Shown here: positions 42,501 through 55,430 of the stretch, one piece after another | Position numbering within the stretch: the stretch's first letter is position 1 | Layout: each line of letters starts with the position of its first letter | NCBI RefSeq assembly: GCF_009914755.1 | Contig: NC_060927.1 | Origin: the human T2T-CHM13v2.0 reference genome, Homo sapiens | Direction: 5' to 3' (one strand) | Length of the DNA: 64,000 nucleotides | The notes under the pieces: model-generated | Told to the model about the DNA's origin: nothing | The model's database searches: none | What the model saw: the letters and a program-made list of their open reading frames with translations, nothing else | Program-made: the position numbers and the translations under genes

Positions 42501-43914
42501 ATATAATAGCTATAGTATTTACAAGCTTATTTTATATTTATTTTACTTATATTGCCACTGCATCACAAGAAAGAACATAAATAGTAAATCTTAAATAATA
42601 CAGCTGTTAAGCTAGAAAGCAACTATTAGCGTTTGATAAGATAGTGAGAAGAGCATAGTTTTTTTTTTTTTAATACAAGCAACCTAATTTAGTTCCTTAC
42701 TAGCTGGTGGCCTCGGACAAATTATTTAACCTTTCTGATCCTCAGAGATAATAATATCCACCTGAAAAGATGTTGAGCAAATTAAAGGAGATATTTATGT
42801 GAAAGCGTATATTGTAATGTGTGGCACATAGAAGGGTCACTTTTTGTTTTTTTTTTTTTTTACTATTTTTGTCCCCCAAGAGTGGTATTATCCTATTAAG
42901 AGGCAGTTGCACTGTAGTAATTTTTTGAATATAAATAATAATAATAAAAATTCTTACTGCACAAGTAAGTAGTTTTTTGATAGTGACTTAGTCTCCTATG
43001 GTAAATATTTTCAGAATATCTTTTGTTCAGTATGTGAATAGTTAATAAACCAGCATAGTACATGCTGATCACCTCCAATTCCCCACTTAACTTGCCTGAG
43101 CACAGTGCAAAGCAGGGTAAACCAAGGATTGACCCATGCCTCTGTTGACTGACTGCCATCTCCTTCAAAAGCTATGGGCAAAATTCTTTATGCTTATATG
43201 GTCCCTGTGTCTGAAACACTCAAAGCATTTTTCCAGAGATTAAATTGGGGCTTTCATATGACCCTGGTTAATAAATGTCAAGTCTTCAATGTGAAGTCTC
43301 AGAATGTCCTTTTGAGGAAGGTGGTTGACAACCTTATCTTCCATACAAATAAACTGAGGCATGGAGCAGATAAATCAGAGGACTTGTTATGGATTCTTCA
43401 TTCCTTATGTGTACACTTTTAGTTTATATATGAAGACCAATGTTTCACAGGGGTGCACAGAAAGCCAGCAGGAATCCCCAGAGAGAATGGCTGTGGTTTC
43501 TTGGAGAAGGCAGCCCACCATTCTAATGTAGCTGAGAGGATTACAGTACTGGGGTCGAGGGGTGCTGAGGCAGGGTCTGCCTGAACTGGGTAAACAGTCT
43601 GAGTCAGTGAGGTTAGGACAAGTAGATAAGCTGGAACTCCAAAGGTGTGCAGTGTGATACCTCTCATGGGAAACAAAAAGTTCCCGTTTTGGACCAAGTT
43701 TCCATGGCTACAGTAAACCTCTTGTCAGGAGGAAAGAATAGCTCCAGCAGGGCCTAAGAAGAAGGGCCTTTGTGCATGGGGAGGACTAGAGGGCTCTGAT
43801 CAGCAGCTGTGAGAGGACAGAGCTCCAACCTACCAGCTTGAAACACTGTCGGTAACCGTGACAGGAAGAAGCAGAAAGATTTCCACCTCATGGCAACCAC
43901 CTCCACCACAAACA

Positions 43915-44520
43915 CAGTGGGCCTTGGGGACCATCACCCTCCTTTACACCATGACAACATAGCTAAGCTCAAAATGCTTTTCCCAGAATTCCCATCCCCA
44001 AATGATTCCATGTCAGTGAAGGTCACAAGATAAATATTGCATGAGATTTAAAAAGCAGAAATGAAGCCCCAGGCATGTTTTTGATGCTCTGAAGATAAAC
44101 AGGAGGCACGAGGCACTTTGACAGTTCACTCACGTTGTCACTGGCTGTTCTTCCAATTCCTGCTCTATCTCCTCCTTCAGCTTCTTCACACATGTACACA
44201 GCGTCTTGTTAAGGGGCACAGCTGCTCCTGCATGTTAGTCATGGCATCGAATTTGCTGGTGGGAAGAGACAGACTTGAGTTCCAGTTCATCCTCATGGGG
44301 TCCAGCTTGTCTTTGCTTTTTCTCATACCCACCTTTCTATCTAGCTGCCGGCCTGGGTACCCTCATGCTACTTTAGGCCCAACACTAGATGAAGAGATAC
44401 ACAGTCTGTGTAACATAGGCTCCTCCCCCAATCTCTACAAAATCACATCCTTATAATAAATTTTGTTTTCTTTATTATTTAGAGTAGCCTTGCTTTTCTG
44501 ATGGAACCCCAAGTGATACA
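43915..44520 (+). mobile_element. Old ERVL LTR (LTR33/LTR41-like)
   Basis: ttcccagaattccc...ttgcatgagattt; ends ttataataaa...ggaaccccaagtgataca. Confidence 0.45.
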
Positions 44521-44524
44521 CACA

Positions 44525-44700
44525 TACTGTCTTATTTAATCCTCACAACAGTCCTAGAAGGCAGGCACTATTATTATCCTCGTTTCACAGGTGAAGAACT
44601 TGAGAAACAAGAAGATTATCCTATATTAATTAGCTGGTATGTGGTGATGCTGGGATTTAAACCCAGGCAGTCAGATTCCAGAGCCTGAGTTTCAGCTCTG
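44525..44700 (-). mobile_element. MIR
   Basis: tttaatcctcacaacag...tttcacaggtgaagaact...ggatttaaacccaggcagtc. Confidence 0.75.
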
Positions 44701-47700
44701 TACTGATTTCTTCCTTAATTCCATGAAGTCTAGCTTTTGTTCTCACCAGTTTTCTTTTTTTCTTAAGAAAAGAATGCCCTTAATACTTTAAAAAATTATT
44801 CTCAGAAAACTTTCTTCCATCCTTCTTCTTCTAGACCTCCCTAAAGCCCCTGATATGTTTCCTTATTCCTTTCCTTTGGCTGTGCTGAAGTTTCTTTTCT
44901 GTTTTATTTCCCAGCTTTTCTGCTTTCCACTGTCTGCCATACACATATGCACATATACATGCATACATGCACACACATACATACACACACGCACACACAG
45001 GTTTGACCATGTCATTCTAGCTCCAAATTGCATGCTCTTTCTTTATACCACACTGTCTGCCTGACAGTGATTCATCATCAGTCTCCTTTGCTAACCCAGA
45101 TCTCTGCCATCTCCCACTGGGGGCTGCCAGGGCTCTACGCCTGCTACCCTGTAATAGTAAAATAAGTGATCAAACTGATCAACTGTAAAGCACACAGAAG
45201 GACACAGGCCAGATGGGAAAGAAATAGGACAAGGGAGGGAAGCTGAGCAAACAAGCCAAAGTAAGTTTAACTGAGGAGCAGGGCAGAACCCAGTGAACGC
45301 TTATAAGGCAGAAATAAACTCCCACGGGGGGGAAATGCTTTTGTGACTTTTATACAGAGAGAAGAGAAAGGGCCAGGTCATAAAACAGGGAGATAAGAGA
45401 GGGAAAAAATATGGATTTCTTGGAGAAGAGGAACCAGAAGGACCAGAGCAGAGTTATTCGTTGAGTCAACTGAGCAGTAAAAACTGTTCCAATGCAAAGC
45501 TAATCAGCAGATATAGGACCAAGAGAGAAGTTCTTACACTTCCTGAAACCAGGATCTGAGGCTGAGGACAGCCAGAAGCCCAAGGGATACACCTAGTGTC
45601 AGGACCTGCAAACTCAAGAGAATTGTCCAGCCAGAAAGGAATTGATAAGTTTTTTGAAACTTTTCTAAATTAAGAAGCATAAATTGTGTGTATGAATGAC
45701 CTTAACACTACCGACTTCTCCCCTTGCAGAGCACAGTCCAGGATGACTGACCCAGGGATCTGCCTTTTATTAGAGAATCTCCTGAGAATGAGAAATTGCA
45801 ATTTTCCAAGAATGAGACAGTGTCTTGTCCCTATTTTTCCACATACATACTAACATGAGAAACCTGAACACCAAAAAGTAAAATAAAACTCAAACCAAAT
45901 CCAGAAATAAAATTTGGCTTTTTGAACTCAGTAAATTTGGTAAACCTTTGCAGAGGAAAACTTAGCTGACAAACACATGAAGGTATCCAAAAAAAAGAGA
46001 CAAGACTTTAAAAAATGAAACTTGCAGGCCTTTTACCCAGTGGTCTTGGGCCCAGGAATTTGTTCTATTTCTGAATCTCATAATTGGAAAAATACTAAAC
46101 TGAGAAACAGCTTTTTACCCAAACTTTAACTAAATGCTACTTATAGTAGCATAAAATTAGAAACAGTCTATATATGGGGCAAAAGGTAATGGTTCTATAG
46201 TAATATAAATAATCTGTGCAATACATCTCTACCATGGATATAATAGAAGCATTTCTTTAAAATGAAGTGTGTGTGTGTCTGTATGGGTAGAGACAGAGAG
46301 GCAGTGACAGAGAACAATAGAAATATTGGTAAGTGAAAGAGAAAGTTGTTCAATGTTATGTAGAGCACGCACTCATTTTGGTGAGTCTGCCTGTGGGGGC
46401 TCTTTATCTATGAATACATGTGTAGATGCCTAGGAAAAGTCTGAAAAGAAATACTGCAAACCCTAACAGTGGTGACCTCTGGGAGTAGAGAGAATGGAAC
46501 AGGAAAGCCAGGGCATTTGTTTTCTTCTTTTTTATTCTTTCAAATTCCTTGAATTTTTTTAGATTTCAAGCAGAAATCTGTCCATTAAAATCTGTTCTCC
46601 CTGTTCATGGTTGTATCTCAGAAGCTGCTTTTTTGACAGGGACTACATTCACCAGTTTTCCTTGGAGCTAGATGTGGCCAAATTTCAACAAAATGTGCGC
46701 AGAAATATGAACCACTTTCAGGTCAAGGTTTCGCACACACGGAGGGCCAATCTACTCTTGTACTCTCTCCTTCTACCAGTGGGACCATGGATATGACATT
46801 GGAGCCTCAATCATTGATAGCAAGACTCTAGTGGATGTTGGAATCACACCCTTGTCTCTGAATTATCACATGGGGAAGAACCCACGACTTCCCTTGAACA
46901 CTTACCTGGGATAGTTACATTAACAAGAAATTAACCTTGATGTCTTTAAGACATTACATTTAGGTCTGTATCCTTTCACTTTAGGTTAACCTGGTGAAAA
47001 TTACATTATTGCTTTTTCATAAGGAATTTTTAAAACTATACGTATTTTGAGAAAATTATAGATTTACATGCACTTGTAAGAAATAGTAGAAAGAAATCAC
47101 ACATACTCTTTACCCAGTTTCCCCCAGTGGTAACATCTTGCAAAACCACAGCACAATGTCACAACAGAATATTGATATGGAGTCAAAATAAAAAACATTT
47201 CCATCACAACAAGCATCTCTCATGTTCCCCTTTATAACCACATCCAATTCCCTTCAGCCCAAATCCCCACCTTAACTCCTAGCAATCACTAATCCATTTC
47301 TAGAATTTGTCATCTAGGAAATGTTGTATAAATGAAATAATATAGTATATAACCTTTTAGAGTTGGTGTTCTTTCACTCAGCATAATCCTTTGGAGATTC
47401 ATCCAGGTTGTGGCATGGATCAACAGTTGGTTCCTTTTTATTACTCAGTGGTATTTTATGGTCTGGATGTACCACAGTTTGTTTCACCATTCATCCATTG
47501 AAAGACGTTTGGTTTGTTTCCAGTTTTGTATTATTGCGAATAACACCTCTATGAACATTCATGTAAAGGCTTTCATGCAACCATAAGGTTTTATCTCTCA
47601 GATAGATGCCTAAGAGCATGATTACTGAATCATATGGTAGTTGTATTTTTAGTTTTTTAAGAAACTGATAAATTGTTTTTCACACTGATGGTACCATGCT

Positions 47701-49663
47701 ACGTTCCCCCTAGTAATTAATAAGTGATGGGATTTCTCTGCATTCTTGTCAGTATTTGGTGTGAGCACTACTTTCTATTTTACCCATTTTTATACGTGTC
47801 TAGTGATTTTCTTTTATATTTACTTTTTTGATATATTATATTTGTACATATTTTTGGAGTACATGTGAAATTTCATTACATGCATAGAATGTAAAATGTT
47901 ATATACACAATGTGACATTTCATTGTGGCTTTTATTGGCATTTCCCCAATAGCTAAAGATATTGAATATGTTTTCATGTGTTTGCTATCTGTGTATACTC
48001 TGATGAAATGTCTCTTCATGTCTTTTGCCCATGTTCTAATTGGATTGTTTGTTTTTTCATTGTTTGGTTTTGAGAGTTCTTTAAATATTTTAGATACTAG
48101 TCCTTTGTTGGATTTGTGATTTGCAAATATTTTGTGATTTGCTTGTCTTTTTATCCTCTTAACAGGGTCTTTCTCAGAGCAAAAGATTTTAAATTGTAGT
48201 AATGTCCAATTTGTCAACTTTTCCTTTTCTGGATCATGTTTTTCATGTCAAATCAAAAACTCTTTGTCCAGCCTCAGATCTCAAAGATTTTCTCTTGTGT
48301 TTTTCTAAAAATTTTATAGTTTAACATTGTACATTTAAGTTCGTGCTCCTTTTTCAGTCAATTTTTGTGTAAGATGTGAGATTTACGTTTTAAGGTTCAT
48401 TTTTTTTTAACTTATGGATGTCTAAATGCTCCAGCACCATTTGTTGAAAAGGCTCTCTTTCTTCCATTGAATTTTGTGCCTTTTATACCTTTGTGAAAAA
48501 AACACTTGGGCATAATTTTAGATTATTTTTGTGGGTTCTTTATTTTGTTAATTGATCTATGTGTCTACACTTCTACCAATACTGCACTGCCTTGATTACT
48601 ATAACTATATAATAAGTCTTACAACTGAGTAGACCAAGTTCCCTCATTTTATTCTGCTTTTTCAAAATCATTTTGGATACTCTAGCTTTATCTCATATAA
48701 GTTTTAGAATAATCTTGTCTATACTATATATCTGTAAAAATCTTTCTGGTGTTCTGATAAGAATAGCATTCAGCCTTTATATCAATTTGGGGAGAATTAA
48801 CACCTTTACCATGTTGAGTCTTCCAAACCATAAACACAGTATGGCTTTCCATTTATTAGATCTCATTTGATTTCTTTAATCAATGTTGTATCTGATCCAA
48901 AAATTTTACATGTTTTGTGAGATTTCCACTAAATATTTTATTTGAAGTGGTTTTAAATAGTATCATATTTTTTAATTTTAGTGTCTTTGTGTTAATTGCT
49001 AGTATGTAGAAATACAAATGGTTTTTATATGTTTGTCTCTAATCCTGTAACCTTGCTGAACTTGTTTAGTATTAGAATCCATAGGGTTTTCTATGTGGAA
49101 AATCATGTTATTTACAAATATGGACAGTTTTATTTTTTCCTTTCTGATCTATATGCATTTGGTTTTCGTTTCTTACCATATTTTACTGGCAAGAACTTCC
49201 AGCTCTATGTTGAATAAGAGTACTTAGAGTAGATATCATTGCCTAGATAGAAAGCATTCAGTTTTTCACCATTAAGTATAAAGTTAGGTGTTTTTTGTGA
49301 ATCTCTCTTTATGATGTAGCAAGTTCCCCTCTATTTCTACTTTTCTGAGAGTTTTTGTCATGAATGGATGTTGAATTTTTTCAAGTGCTTTTTCTGCATC
49401 AATTGATATTAGCATGTTAATATGGTGGATTATAATGATTGGTTTTCATGTATTTCAAATATTGAACCATCCTTGCATCCTTTGTATAAAACTACTTGGA
49501 CATAGTGTATAATTATTTTACATATTGCTAAATCCTATTGATTTATCTAAAGATTTTTATAAAGATTTTTGCATCTATATTCACAAGGTATATTGGTCTG
49601 TAGTCTTCCTTCTTTGTACTACCTTTGTCTAGTTTTGGTATCAGGATAAGACTGGCTTCATAA

Positions 49664-49966
<303 letters not shown>

Positions 49967-50544
49967 TTGCATTTGTGAGCTATTTTATGAAGCTAGGCTT
50001 ATACAAAGGATGTAAGGATGATTCAATATTTGAACCATACCTTGGAAGGATGGAAGACACAAGCACTTCCATCCTTGGAAGGAGGGAAGACACAAATTTC
50101 TAATATCAGGAAAAAAACAAGGGATATCATTATAGACCTGGCAGACATCAAAAGGATATGATAACATTACAAATAACTCTATACACATAACTCTATACAC
50201 AGAAGGATAAGAGAACATTACAAATAACCCTATACACACAAGTTTGACAAATTAGATAAAATGAACCAATTCCTCAAAAAGCACAAACTACCATCAAAGA
50301 TTTATAGCCAATTCTACACAATCTCTTTCAGAATATGGAAGCAGAGAGAGCACTTTCCAATTCATTTTATTAAGCTAGTATTAACACATTATCTATTTCA
50401 AGTTGAGTGAGTTGTAGGAGCTTGTGCTTTTAGAGGAATTGGCTCATTGTGTATTCCCTCCTTTTCTCTGTCAATCTTTCCAGAATTTCATCAATTGTAT
50501 TAATCTTCTCAAAAAATCAACTCTTTATTTTATTTATTTTCTTT

Positions 50545-51736
50545 ATTATTATTATTATTATTATACTTTAAGTTCTGGGGTACATGTGCAGAACGTGCAG
50601 GTTTGTTACATAGGTATACATGTGCCATGGTGGTTTGCTACACTCATCAACCCGTCATCTACATTAGGTATTTCTCATAATGCTATCCCTCCCCCAGCCC
50701 CCCAGCCCCTGACAGGCCCCAGTGTGTGATGTTCCCCTCCCTGTGTCCACGTGTTCTCATTGTTCAACTCCCACTTATGAGTGAGAACATGCGGTGTTTG
50801 GTTTTCTGTTCTTGTGTTAGTTTGCTGAGAATGATGGTTTCCAGCTTCATCCATGTGCCTGCAAAGGACATGAACTCATCCTTTTTTGTGGCTGCATAGT
50901 ATTCCATTGTGTATATGTGCCACATTTTCTTTATCCAGTCTATCATTGATGGGCATTTGGGTTACTTCCAAGTCTTTGATATTGTGAACAGTGCTGCAAT
51001 AAGCACAAGTGCGCATGTGTCTTTAGAGTAGCATGATTTATAATCCTTTGGGCGTATACCCAGTAATGGGATCACTGGGTCAAATGGTATTTCTAGTTCT
51101 AGTTCCTTGAGGAATCACCACACTGTCTTCCACAATGGTTGAACTAATTTACACTCCCACCAACAGTATAAAAGTGTTCCTATTTCTCCACAACATCTCC
51201 AGCATATGTTGTTTCCTAACTTTTTAATAATTGCCATTCTAACTGGCATGAGATGGTATCTCATTGTGGTTTTGATTTGCATTTCTCTGATGACCGGTGA
51301 TGATGAGCATTTTTTCATGTGTCTGTTGGCTGCATAAATGTCTTCTTTTGAGAACTGTTTGTTCTTCCACTTTTTGATGAGGTTGTTTGTTTTGTTCTTA
51401 TTAATTTGTTTAACTTATTTGTAGATTCTGGATATTAGCCGTTTGTCAGATGGATAGATTGCAAAAATTTTCTTCCATTCTGTAGGTTGCCTGTTCACTC
51501 TGATGGTAGTTTCTTTTGCTGTGCAGAAACTCTTTAGTTTAACTAGATCCCATTTGTTAATTTTGACTTTTGTTGCCATTGCTTTTGGTATTTGAGTCCT
51601 GAAGTCTTTGCTCATACCTACGTCCTGAATGGTATTGCCTATGTTTTCTTCTAGGGTTTTTATGGTTTTAGGTCTTACATTTCAGTTTTTAATCCATCTT
51701 GAGTTAATTATTGTATAAGGTGTAAGGAAGGGATCC
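50545..51736 (-). mobile_element. L1PA (L1PA7-like) 3' part with (TAA)n tail
   Basis: ORFs 50764-50946, 51115-51318 and 51415-51615 encode ORF2 C-terminal motifs (WIKKMWHIYTMEYYAA; [10 protein letters not shown]). Confidence 0.95.
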
Positions 51737-52898
51737 TGAAAGTGATGGAACCAAGTTGGAAAACACTCTTCAGGATATTATCCAGGAGAACTTCGCCAAC
51801 CTAGCAAGGCAGGCCAACATTCAAATTCAAGAAATACAGAGAACACCAAAAAGATACTCCTCGAGAAGAGCAACCCCAAGACACATAATTGTCAGATTCA
51901 CCAAGGTTGAAATGAAGGAAAAAATGTTAATGGCATCCAGAGAGAAAGGTTGGGTTACACACAAAGGGAAGTCCATCCGACTAATAGTGGATCTCTCTGC
52001 AGAAACCCTACAAGCCAGAAGAGAATGGGGGCCAATATTCAACATTCTTAAAGAAAAGAATTTTCAACCCAGAAATTCATATCCAGCCAAACTAAGCTTC
52101 ATAAGTGAAGGTGAAATAAAATCCTTTACAGACAAGCAAATGCTGACAGATTTTGTCACCACCAGGCCTGCCTTACAAGAGCTCCTGAAAGAAGCACTGA
52201 ACATGGAAAGGAACAACTGGTACCAGCCACTGCAAAAACACACCAAATTGTAAAGACCATCGATGCTATGAAGAAACTGCATCAACTAACAAGCAAAATA
52301 ACCAGCTAACATCATAATGACAGGATCAAATTCACACATAACAATATTAACACATTCAGGAGACCCATCTCATGTGCAAAGACACACATAGGCTCAAAAT
52401 AAAGGGATGGAGGAAGATCTACCAGGCAAATGGAAAGCAAAAAAAAGCAGGGGTTGCAATCCTAGTCTCTGATAAAACAGGCTTTACATCAACAATGATC
52501 AAGAGAGACAATGAATGGCATTACATAATGGTAAAGGGGTCAATGCAACGAGAAGAGCTAACTAGCCTAAATATATATGCACCCAATACAGGAGCACCCA
52601 GATTCATAAAGCAAGTTCTTAGAGACCTATAAAGAGACTTAGACTCTCATACAATAATACTGGGCGACTTTAACAACCCACTGTCAATATTAGACAGATC
52701 AACAAGACAGAAGATTAACAAGAACATTCAGGACTTGAACTCAGCTCTGGACCAAGCAGACCTAATAGACATCTGCAGAACTCTCCACCCCAAATCAACA
52801 GAATACACACTCTTCTCAGCACAACATCTCACTTATTCAATGATTGATCACATAATTGGAAGTGAAACACTCCTCAGAAAATGCAGAAGACTGGAAAT
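51737..52898 (+). mobile_element. Inverted part of the same L1PA: ORF1 C-terminal half, spacer and ORF2 endonuclease
   Basis: ORF 51756-52253 (ENTLQDIIQENF...FQPR.SYPAKLSF) and 52372-52632 (KKAGVAILVSDK...NIYAPNTGAP). Confidence 0.95.
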
Positions 52899-53041
52899 GA
52901 TTTTCCTTAATGTGTTTCTATTTTCAGTTTCATGAGTTTCTGCTCTTATCTTTATTATTTCCTTCCTTTTATTTGGGTTTATTTTTCTCTTCATTCTTTA
53001 GATTCTTGAGGCGAGAATTGGATTATTGACTTGAGATTTCC

Positions 53042-53339
53042 TTTTTTTTTTTTTCCTTTGAGACGGAGTCTCACTCTGTCACCAGGCTGGAATGAAGTGG
53101 CATGATCTCGGCTCACTGCAACCTCCGCCTCCCAGGTTCAAGTGATTCTCCTACCTCAGGCCCCAGAATAGGTAGGACTACAGGTGAGCACCACCACACC
53201 CAACTAATATTTGTATTTTTAGTAGAGACAGGGTTTCACCACCTTGGCCAGGATGGTCTTGATCTCTTGACCTCGTGATCCACCCCCACCTCAGCCTCTC
53301 AAAGTGCTGGGATTATAGGCATGACCCACCATGCCCACC
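53042..53339 (-). mobile_element. AluSc
   Basis: ctgtcaccaggctgg and gatctcttgacctcgtgatc diagnostics. Confidence 0.9.
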
Positions 53340-55430
53340 TCTCCCCTTCTTTTTTTAAATAAATTTTGCATTTAGTGCCATAAATTTCCATCTGACATTG
53401 CTTTAGCTGTGTCCAACATTTGTTGCTGCATTGTGTTTTCATTTTCATTAGTTCAATGTATTTTGTTTTGTTTTCTTGAGACTTCTTTGGCCCATGGATG
53501 ATTTAGAAATGTGCTGTTTAGTTTTCCAGTAATTGAAAATTTTCCTGTTATCTTAAAGTGATTAATTTCTAGTTTGATTCCATTATAGCTAGAGAACACA
53601 TTCTGTATGATTTTAATTACTTTTAATTTGTTGAGGTTTGTTTTATAGTCTAGGATAGGGCCTATTTTGGTATATGTTGTATGGGCACTTGAAAAGAATG
53701 TTTATTCTGGTATTGTTGGGTGGAGTACTCTATAAATACCCATTTGATTCTGTTGGTTGATAATGATGTTGAGTTATTCTCTATTCTTGGTGATTTTCTG
53801 TATGTTTGTCCTATCAATTGTTGAGAGAGAGATTTGAAGTCCACAACTATAATTATATATATTTGATAGAGATAGATGGATAAAGGTAGAAACAGAGATA
53901 TGTATACAATTTATATATTTAGTTTATATGCATTTGGGGTTGCTGTATCTTCTTGATGGATTGATCATTTTATCATTGTATGATGTCCTTCTCTATTTCT
54001 GGTAATTTTCTTTGTTCTACAGTCTACTTTGTCCTATACTAATATAATCCAACTTTCCTTTGAATAATGTTTGCATGATATACCTTTTTCCATTCTTTTA
54101 CTTTCAACTTCCCTGTATCATTATATTTGAAGTGAGTTTCTTGTAGACAACATATAGTTGAGTTATATCTTCTATTTCTGAGGTTTTTTCACTTCTTTGC
54201 TGAGTCTAATTTTTTGACTTGTTTCAATTATATTCATAATTGCTCATTGAAGAATTTTATCGTGGCTGTTTTAAAATATTTCTCAGATAATTCTAACATT
54301 TGTTTTCTTTGTGTTGGCATCTATTCATTGTCTTTTTTATTCAGTTTGAGATATTCCTGATTCTTGGTATGACAAAAGATTTTCAGTTGAAACCTGGACA
54401 TTTTTGTATTACGTTATGAGACTCTAGATTTTATTTAAACCTCTGTTTAAGCTGTTTTCTTTCTGACCCTGGCAGGGGAAAATAGAGCATCACCTCATTG
54501 CTGACAAATGAAAGTAGAAAGCTGGGTTCCCCACTCAGCTTCCATTGGCTCCTTGTTATTTCTTGGCAAGGCTAAGTATTCCAACTCCCCACTTGATCCA
54601 CTGATGCCACAGTGCTTGTGGTGTCTCTTTCTGGGTGATAGTTAAAGTCCTGACTCTTCACTAGGCTTCCTCTAACACCATCCCAGCAGGAAAAGGAAAA
54701 GACAAGTCATCATGGCCAGGTTAGGGTGGAAGTCCAGGATCCCCAATTAGTCTTAACTGATATTGTGATTGAAGGAATGGGCCTCATTACAGGCTGGAAG
54801 GAATGAAAGTCCCACCTCCATACTTGGTCTTCTCTTACACTACCCAGACAGGGGTATTGGAGTTCTTTATTACAGGCTCACATATGGAAAAGTATAGCCT
54901 ACCCACTCAGCCTTTGCTGGTGGAAATGGAGGTTGAGCCACAGTTTTTTCTGTGAAATTTGGCTGGAGTATAACAGTTATTATCTAAAAAGTGCTCTATC
55001 TTGCTGGGATGCCTCTTGTCTTTTGGATATAGAGAGAAGACATTCATTTGGGTAAATATGAACCCATTGGTGTTTCCAGGTTGCCAGATTCTTCATCTCC
55101 AAGTTATAGATATGTGAGGCAAAAATGAGACCCAAAGAACTTACTACAACATTGTTTCTCAGGTGCTGAGGTCTCTAGCTATTCTACCTTCTCCTATTTT
55201 CCAGTACCTTCTTATGTTTATTTTATATAAATGTGCAGTGTTTTATTTGTACTTGGTGAGAGCAACAGAGAGAAGTATGTCTACTTCATCTTCCCAGAAG
55301 CATAAATCTAGGGATTTTCATGGTATTATTACCATAGTATCAATTTTTTTAAAAGACCAATAAGAACATTTGTCACTTTGAGAGTATCTGATCCCCTACT
55401 TCATCTCAATCATTTTTCTAATTTTTTGAG

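Noticed and set aside
51756-52253. 165-aa L1 ORF1p C-terminal ORF
   Set aside because: Lacks the promoter and N-terminal coiled coil; neighbouring ORF2 is broken; no sign of domestication.
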